From an uncultured bacterium (GTDB taxonomy: Bacteria > Patescibacteriota > Minisyncoccia > Phycocordibacterales > CAIZLB01): a stretch of DNA of 64,000 nt. The translations under genes and the position numbers were made by a program. Shown here piece by piece: positions 58,164 through 64,000 of this stretch. Numbering within the stretch: the stretch's first letter is position 1; each line of letters begins with the position of its first letter. The notes under the pieces were generated by a model that had not been told where the DNA came from, made no database searches, and saw nothing but the letters and a program-made list of their open reading frames with translations. The stretch is taken from positions 44,840 through 108,839 of the forward strand of contig CAIZVZ010000009.1 in assembly GCA_903936565.1 (NCBI GenBank), written 5' to 3'.

Positions 58164-59801
58164 TTAGTACTGATTGAAATTTCCTTCCTTTAATAAGCCT
58201 CTTTCTTCTAAAATACGAGTCAATATTTCGAAGTTACTTTTATACATTGGCATACCAGAATATCCGTCCCCCACTATTCCGTTATATAGATCGTAAAGTA
58301 CTAAATCGTTAAGTCTTCCTAGAAAACACGCAAGCTCAGACTCATCCTTATTAGATAATATGAATTTACATACACGAGCATTTAGGATAAAGTCGCCTGA
58401 CGATATAATTTCTAATAATTTATCTAATCCATCTACCCACCCATGATTCATCACACTTTCAATATCAGGATGCAAAGTAGCAAAATTATTTTCCATATCA
58501 GCAACATACAAGAAATAGGCTTCCTTGATGTTTTTATTTTTTAAGAATGAAACTAAATTGTTTTCATGTGACCCAGTAATTCGAGCATCATCAATCAATA
58601 CAATTATCTTGTTCTTAATAAAGCCCTCCATGATACTTAGATCATTTTTATTCATTAATGACTTTCTTTCTTCGTCCGAGAATGAACCATAATCACCCTG
58701 AAACATTTCCTTTTTTAGAATTGTAATATCAACGACAGAATTTTTACCCATCATAAATAGATATTGATTAATATAATTCTTGAATCCCTTAACGATACCG
58801 CTGGAACCTTTTACAATTGACTTGTAGGGAGAAGTTGTGATTACTAAATCTATATTGTCATTTGTGCTAAATATTTCAGGATTAGCTGAAATAAACTTCT
58901 TAGCTAATTGATGTCCATATTCTTTAGCAACCTTTCCATCTCCATACTTGAATTTGCTGTAGGAAATTAAATCAAATTCGTTTTTTACAACATCTCGATT
59001 CTCATCCTTAGGATTATCTTTTACAATTTCAACTATTTTATCTTCCTCAAAATCCAACTGACACAATGATAAATTGTCATAATGTAAAACTCTTTCATCA
59101 CTGCGCACAATGGACACCAACTCACCTATATCTTTTATGCCTGCAAATCTCTTTGCGTATTTATCAGATGGATCAAACAATAAAGACGAGATACCACTTT
59201 TCCATGCTCCTCTATAGTCGGCAATTAAACTATCCCCTACATGCAGAATTTCATAAGGAAAACATTTAGATTCTTTCACAAGCTGATCATAAATATAAAG
59301 ATGAGGTTTTGCACAACCAACTTCATTTGAGAAATAGGTGTAATCAACCAAATCAAGTACACCCAATTCTTTAAGCCCCCTTCTCATTACATCACCATGT
59401 AAAAAACCAGTATTACTAATCAATGCAATTTTTACACCAAGATTTTTAAGATCTTTCAAAATTTCAAACGTATCTGGATTAATTAGGATCGGTAAATTAT
59501 CCATAAACAGCAAGGATAATTCGCCCCTAAGCTTCTCAACGTGTTTGTCGTCTAAATCCTCGGAAGTGTTGTTTATTTTTTGATTAATCAAATTCAGTCT
59601 TGATTCGAAATCAAAATCAATTCCAACCGCTTCAGATAATCTATCCAACTCAACATCAACTTCATCTTTTACAGATTTCACCAAATCATAATCAGAGCAA
59701 TTAATCGCATCTCCAAATAGTACTGTTCGCTTTTTAACAAAATCAGAATTACTTTTTAACAATGTCTTCCAGACATCGAAACTAATTATTTTATATTTCA
59801 T
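58164..59801 (-). CDS. HAD phosphatase fused to a ComF-like (Ter-associated) PRTase
   Basis: SFDVWKTL, ISNTG, KP, HVGDS..AD; YSKFKYGD, TSPY, LIDDARITGSHE. Confidence 0.85.
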   Translation of the reverse strand: MKYKIISFDVWKTLLKSNSDFVKKRTVLFGDAINCSDYDLVKSVKDEVDVELDRLSEAVGIDFDFESRLNLINQKINNTSEDLDDKHVEKLRGELSLLFMDNLPILINPDTFEILKDLKNLGVKIALISNTGFLHGDVMRRGLKELGVLDLVDYTYFSNEVGCAKPHLYIYDQLVKESKCFPYEILHVGDSLIADYRGAWKSGISSLLFDPSDKYAKRFAGIKDIGELVSIVRSDERVLHYDNLSLCQLDFEEDKIVEIVKDNPKDENRDVVKNEFDLISYSKFKYGDGKVAKEYGHQLAKKFISANPEIFSTNDNIDLVITTSPYKSIVKGSSGIVKGFKNYINQYLFMMGKNSVVDITILKKEMFQGDYGSFSDEERKSLMNKNDLSIMEGFIKNKIIVLIDDARITGSHENNLVSFLKNKNIKEAYFLYVADMENNFATLHPDIESVMNHGWVDGLDKLLEIISSGDFILNARVCKFILSNKDESELACFLGRLNDLVLYDLYNGIVGDGYSGMPMYKSNFEILTRILEERGLLKEGNFNQY

Positions 59802-59826
59802 GTTTTTTAATTTAATAAGGAGAATT

Positions 59827-60720
59827 TTATAAAGTGAATGAAGGAATACCGGGATTATCTGTTTTAATTAATTGATGATGTCTAATTCTAGATTCTTGTC
59901 TCACCACCTCAAAGCCCTTAGCATACTTTTCGACAGAACCATAACCATCATTAACGCTAGAAATGTAGAGTCCAAAAAGCATTTCATCACTTAGACGTTT
60001 ACAGAAATCTTCAAGCTCTTCTTGATTTTCCCAAGAAAGGATAAATCTACACAGACGAGAATTCAAAACAAATTCATCTGGTTTTTTCATCAACAGTTGC
60101 AGAGTGTCCAAATCATTTACCCATTTGTGATTAATTCGATTTTCAATATCGGGATCGTTTTTACCCGAACCCACATCAACTACATAGATAAATATAATCT
60201 CTTCAAGGCCTGCTTTTTCCATAAAATCTATAATTTTTTGCTCGTGGGCGCCTGTAATTCTAGCGTCTTCAACCAATATCAATCTTTTTCCTTTTAGCAA
60301 AAATGGATCAAAGGAAAGGGTGTCTCTCTTCATATTTTCTAGCCTTTCTCTGTGTGATAATTTACTGAAATCACAGACTGGAGCTGAGGACCTATGAATT
60401 TTTAAAAAGGTTAAGGGTTGATTCTTAGCAGATAACAAAAGCTCATTTAGCATGTAGTGGAAATACATAGCCAAAGAATTTGCTGATGGCGGTGTATACC
60501 AATAAGGTGAAGTAGACACAATGAACTCACTACTTTCTCCAGAAATTTTTTCTAAGGAAAATTTATTCAAAAACTCCGACATCATACTTTCAGCAAATTT
60601 CATTGCTGTAGGTTTGTGACCATACTTAAATTTACTGTACTCAGTGAAATCGAGTGTTGGTTTATTTTCTAAATTATTTTCGGCATCTATTGTGTACGCA
60701 GATATTCTGTTGATTTTCAT
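59827..60720 (-). CDS. ComF-like (Ter-associated) phosphoribosyltransferase
   Basis: YSKFKYG, TSPYW, KIHRS, LILVEDARITGAHE, NSRLCRFIL. Confidence 0.85.
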   Translation of the reverse strand: MKINRISAYTIDAENNLENKPTLDFTEYSKFKYGHKPTAMKFAESMMSEFLNKFSLEKISGESSEFIVSTSPYWYTPPSANSLAMYFHYMLNELLLSAKNQPLTFLKIHRSSAPVCDFSKLSHRERLENMKRDTLSFDPFLLKGKRLILVEDARITGAHEQKIIDFMEKAGLEEIIFIYVVDVGSGKNDPDIENRINHKWVNDLDTLQLLMKKPDEFVLNSRLCRFILSWENQEELEDFCKRLSDEMLFGLYISSVNDGYGSVEKYAKGFEVVRQESRIRHHQLIKTDNPGIPSFTL

Positions 60721-60776
60721 ATTGTTGTTTTTATTTTTAAATAATGTGCAACAGTTTTAATCAATTGTGTCAATGT

Positions 60777-60910
60777 GTCAATAACTAATAGACATAATGG
60801 AAGAGTACATTCCACTTTATTCTGGAATAACAAATAAAGCCCTTTATAAGGGCTTTAAATATGCTTCATTGAAATATTATTCTATATTTTATGTCTAATA
60901 ACAGTTAGAC
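60777..60910 (-). promoter_or_regulatory. Second copy of the operator/promoter module, upstream of the PRTase
   Basis: GTCAA-N7-TAGAC 60777-60793 and GTCTA-N8-TAGAC 60893-60910. Confidence 0.6.
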
Positions 60911-60942
60911 AAGTAAAAGTATCTCTGTCCCGGAAACTACTT

Positions 60943-61701
60943 TTACTTCTTTGCACCCCTTTCTGCTAACTTAAAAATACTCGTTAGGGTCTGCGCAAAT
61001 TCTGGATTTTTTATCAAAATTCCATAAATTGTATCCCCCAGCATGTGAATTCTGACCTCGTCTTCGAATATGTTTATGTCGCAAGAAAGTGGAAATTCAT
61101 CTTGATCTATCTTGAATGCAACCTGACCCTCTCTTGGCTTAATTTCTCCATCATCACATGTATAAATTACGCTATACAAATTATTCCCCTCTAAACGCAA
61201 GTTAATATATTTCTTTAGATTTTTTGATCTAAATAATTTGTATACCAACTCTAGTGGAAATACTCCGTAATCCATCTCTGTTCTAAATCTAGGGTTATTT
61301 GCCAACTCTTCCATAGAAGACTTAACAGCAGCATCCCCTTCGAAGAACTTTATAATAGGAGCCTGACCCTTTTTCCTAAGTGTTGCCTTAAGTTGAGGTA
61401 TTACAATATCTAAGCTTTTAATACTCTCCTCTGTTTTGAGTTTAAGCTCTTCCAAAATGAAACGGAGTCTTTCTGGATCTTCCGCTTGGTATGACAATCT
61501 TTTACCAACATTAACCTCACGCACTAATCCCTTTTCCTTCAATAAATCTAGGATTACATAAGCGGTAGATCTTTTTAGTTTTACTTCCTTGGCGATCTCA
61601 GCGGGTGTTGCAGATTCTGTAGACAAAAGAAACACATATACAACTATTTCCTTTTGTGAGATTCCTATATTTTTAAGATAGCTATAAAAGTTTAAATTCA
61701 T
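60943..61701 (-). CDS. TrmB-family transcriptional regulator
   Basis: IGIS.KE..VY..LL, EIAK..KLKRSTAY.IL..L.EKGLV, AEDPE.L, IKFFEG. Confidence 0.88.
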   Translation of the reverse strand: MNLNFYSYLKNIGISQKEIVVYVFLLSTESATPAEIAKEVKLKRSTAYVILDLLKEKGLVREVNVGKRLSYQAEDPERLRFILEELKLKTEESIKSLDIVIPQLKATLRKKGQAPIIKFFEGDAAVKSSMEELANNPRFRTEMDYGVFPLELVYKLFRSKNLKKYINLRLEGNNLYSVIYTCDDGEIKPREGQVAFKIDQDEFPLSCDINIFEDEVRIHMLGDTIYGILIKNPEFAQTLTSIFKLAERGAKK

Positions 61702-62051
61702 GGAAATTGATTTAATTAGTATTTAATAATGATACCACATAAATAACCCTTAACACCATACGGCTAGAATACTTAACAAAACTCTTTAAATCTTCCACAC
61801 TTTTATATAAATCTTCTCACCCCAAAAACCCAGCGACGGTATATCTCCATTCGCTGTCTTGGCAATAATTTGGTATTTTTATGTATACAACAAAAGTGCG
61901 TATGTTAATTTTGTTAATTATCCTTCATCAGACTTAACAATTTTGGCATACGCCTTTTGTGATTTCAAAGGCCAGAGTGTGAACAGCGTTAAGTTATTGT
62001 AATTTACATACTCTATGTTAAAATTTACAATACAACAATTAAAATAAAATA

Positions 62052-63656
62052 ATGAAAAAAAAATATTTACATTTAACTTTAATAATTTCTGGTATTTTAT
62101 TATTAGCTTTAGGTGCAAGTATTTTGGTAGCAAAATATATAGAGAACAAATCTACGTTGACGTCTAGAATATCAAATGCATTTTCAAGTTACCCCCTCTA
62201 TGTATACACAAATGGTGGTAACGGATCAGGGACGATAACAGTAGGACTGAATGGTCGAAAGTCTAATATTCAGAGGACAAATATTGATGGTCAAATTTTT
62301 AAATTTGGAGATGTCGTAAAACTTACCGCTACCCCATACATGGATTCAACTTTTGTTTCTTGGAAGGGATGTGATTCATTATCGGGTGAATTAAATAGTG
62401 TGTGTAATATAAAGATATCAGCCTCAACAACAGTAATAGCAAATTTCAAAATGAATAGTAAGGGTGCTGCTCTTATGCTTTCTGAATTAAAATTACAACA
62501 ACAGACAACAAATGATTTAGATGTGTCCATAATGCAGATAGAAACATTAAAGCAATTTGATTTTATCTCTAAGACAATCGGATTTAATGATGTAGAAGAG
62601 AAAAATAATTTTAACAGTGCCATTAAAGAAGCTATCGAAAATGGAAATATCATAAATTTATATTTTTCAGAGTCTTATGAAGAAGAAAGTATTGGGTATT
62701 TTCCAGAAGACTATAGAGAAATAATAAAAAATAGATATTTAAATTCTTCAATACTCTTGGCTGGTAAGGGCGAAGGAAATAGAAAGGTTGTAAAAGTTTC
62801 AAAGTCTCCTGCGGTTAACCTCCATAGTTATTCTTTAGACACAACGCCAATTTTAAACAAAAATATGTGGGGTGGTATATGCGGTTTATTGTCAATCATA
62901 CAAAATCTTAATTATGTACTTGTGCCTAGTGCAACTTTACCTAATGGCTTTCCAGCTCCTACTTATACTGCGCAAGGAAAGTTATATTGGGATAAGTTGT
63001 ATATGGAAAAAGTAATCAATCTGGTAAAAATTTACAGTAATGAAATTGGACTTCTTAATTCCAAATATATTTCAATTTATAGAGAATACACTAAAAGAAA
63101 TGTTCGGAGTACCGGGTGGAATTATAAACCTAATTCTTCTGGCGAAATTGATGGGTCTCTCTCTGTGGGTGATAATTTTAAAAATCTCTCCGATTTATTT
63201 AGTATAAAAGGTGGTAAAAGAGATACTGTTTGTCACCTTATTACATATCATACCAATACAGTTTATTACAACGCTTTTGGTGCGGAATACAATACTCCAC
63301 AAAAAGTGGAATCTACACATTCTAGTCCTATTGTTGGTATATCAATGGGTTCTACTGTTCAATCACCATCCGAAGCATTTGTCTCTGGTGCTATTTCTGC
63401 CATGTCAACCCCTTCTCCTGTAAAATCAATAGTTATCATGGATACCATGTATCAAGGCTCACATGTACATGATGATAATAAAGCCAAAAAGTATGAAGAT
63501 ATCCCAGTAAAAACAGGAACAATTAAATTTATTTTAAAAGATGATGGCTCACTTAACATAAGCTCTTATAACGGAATTAGTAAATCTGTAAAGGCAGAGT
63601 TTGATAAAATTAATAAAACAAAGACATTTTATATTCAGTGTTATACATTTAAATAA
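62052..63656 (+). CDS. Secreted protein with InlB B-repeat-like domain and possible papain/C39-like C-terminus
   Basis: GSGTITV..G..V.LTATP..DSTFVSWKGC..C.I......VIANF; later ICGLLS, THSSPIVG, IMDT. Confidence 0.6.
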   Translation: MKKKYLHLTLIISGILLLALGASILVAKYIENKSTLTSRISNAFSSYPLYVYTNGGNGSGTITVGLNGRKSNIQRTNIDGQIFKFGDVVKLTATPYMDSTFVSWKGCDSLSGELNSVCNIKISASTTVIANFKMNSKGAALMLSELKLQQQTTNDLDVSIMQIETLKQFDFISKTIGFNDVEEKNNFNSAIKEAIENGNIINLYFSESYEEESIGYFPEDYREIIKNRYLNSSILLAGKGEGNRKVVKVSKSPAVNLHSYSLDTTPILNKNMWGGICGLLSIIQNLNYVLVPSATLPNGFPAPTYTAQGKLYWDKLYMEKVINLVKIYSNEIGLLNSKYISIYREYTKRNVRSTGWNYKPNSSGEIDGSLSVGDNFKNLSDLFSIKGGKRDTVCHLITYHTNTVYYNAFGAEYNTPQKVESTHSSPIVGISMGSTVQSPSEAFVSGAISAMSTPSPVKSIVIMDTMYQGSHVHDDNKAKKYEDIPVKTGTIKFILKDDGSLNISSYNGISKSVKAEFDKINKTKTFYIQCYTFK

Positions 63657-63837
63657 AGTTAATAATTCTTACTGTTGGAAATAAAGAACAGCTTGAATCT
63701 ATGGCATATAAAAGGCTATAATAATGAGTATTTTTATATAGCGCGCCGTGTTTACTTTTGAGAAAGTTGTGTATAACCTTTTATTAGAACGTTGCCTTCT
63801 ACTGTACTTACCCTCCAAAATTTAGTTAAATAGGAGT

Positions 63838-63984
63838 ATGAAAATACTAGCTACTGAAGGGGAATGGGTACTTCGGCGACTTATTCATTATGCTACGCGT
63901 CACACACACACACACACCAGCTGACGCTGATGGTTTAATAATTAACAAAAACCCATCGACCACTAATGGATCTGATGGGTTTTT
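63838..63984 (+). promoter_or_regulatory. Candidate leader peptide plus attenuator
   Basis: 28-codon ORF ending HTHTHTS* (63838-63924), alternative stems, terminator AAAAACCCATC..GATGGGTTTTT. Confidence 0.45.
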
Positions 63985-64000
63985 AAATTAGTGGCAATAA

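Noticed and set aside
1-64000. Alternative genetic code (TGA=Gly) as in Gracilibacteria/Absconditabacteria
   Set aside because: Long conserved genes are uninterrupted under the standard code, and trxB ends at TGA at the expected length.

Overview
This is a compact, AT-rich bacterial chromosome segment using the standard genetic code (TGA is a stop). Its gene content is typical of Patescibacteria/CPR, most likely Parcubacteria: short IF-2, a tandem VirB2/TrbC-like pilin array, a divergent HisS-like gene beside rpsU-ybeY-ftsA-ftsZ, and peptidoglycan-binding surface proteins. The taxonomy is inferred from gene content only. Housekeeping genes are rpmG (missed by the ORF track), clpB, infB, rbfA, gyrA, rpsA, pth, lepB, rpsU, ybeY, ftsA, ftsZ and trxB, plus eight tRNAs. 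Many single, GC-richer ORFan cassettes are interspersed. The most interesting region is a Ter-type stress-response island (52.7-61.7 kb; in transcription order TrmB regulator, PRTase, HAD-PRTase, TerC, TelA, TerD, TelA-like, vWA). It carries (i) two near-identical ~141-nt five-hairpin non-coding elements, each directly upstream of a TelA-like gene, (ii) a duplicated ~135-bp promoter/operator module with two GTC(A/T)A..TAGAC boxes exactly 116 bp apart, and (iii) shared N-terminal peptide tags. Other candidates are a tandem promoter-hairpin-gene-terminator cassette with compensatory base changes (27.3-29.0 kb), a His/Thr attenuator-like leader at the right edge, and a possible small RNA divergent from a putative RNase gene. 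No CRISPR array, rRNA, transposase or integrase was seen. All family calls come from motif recognition by eye, not database searches.
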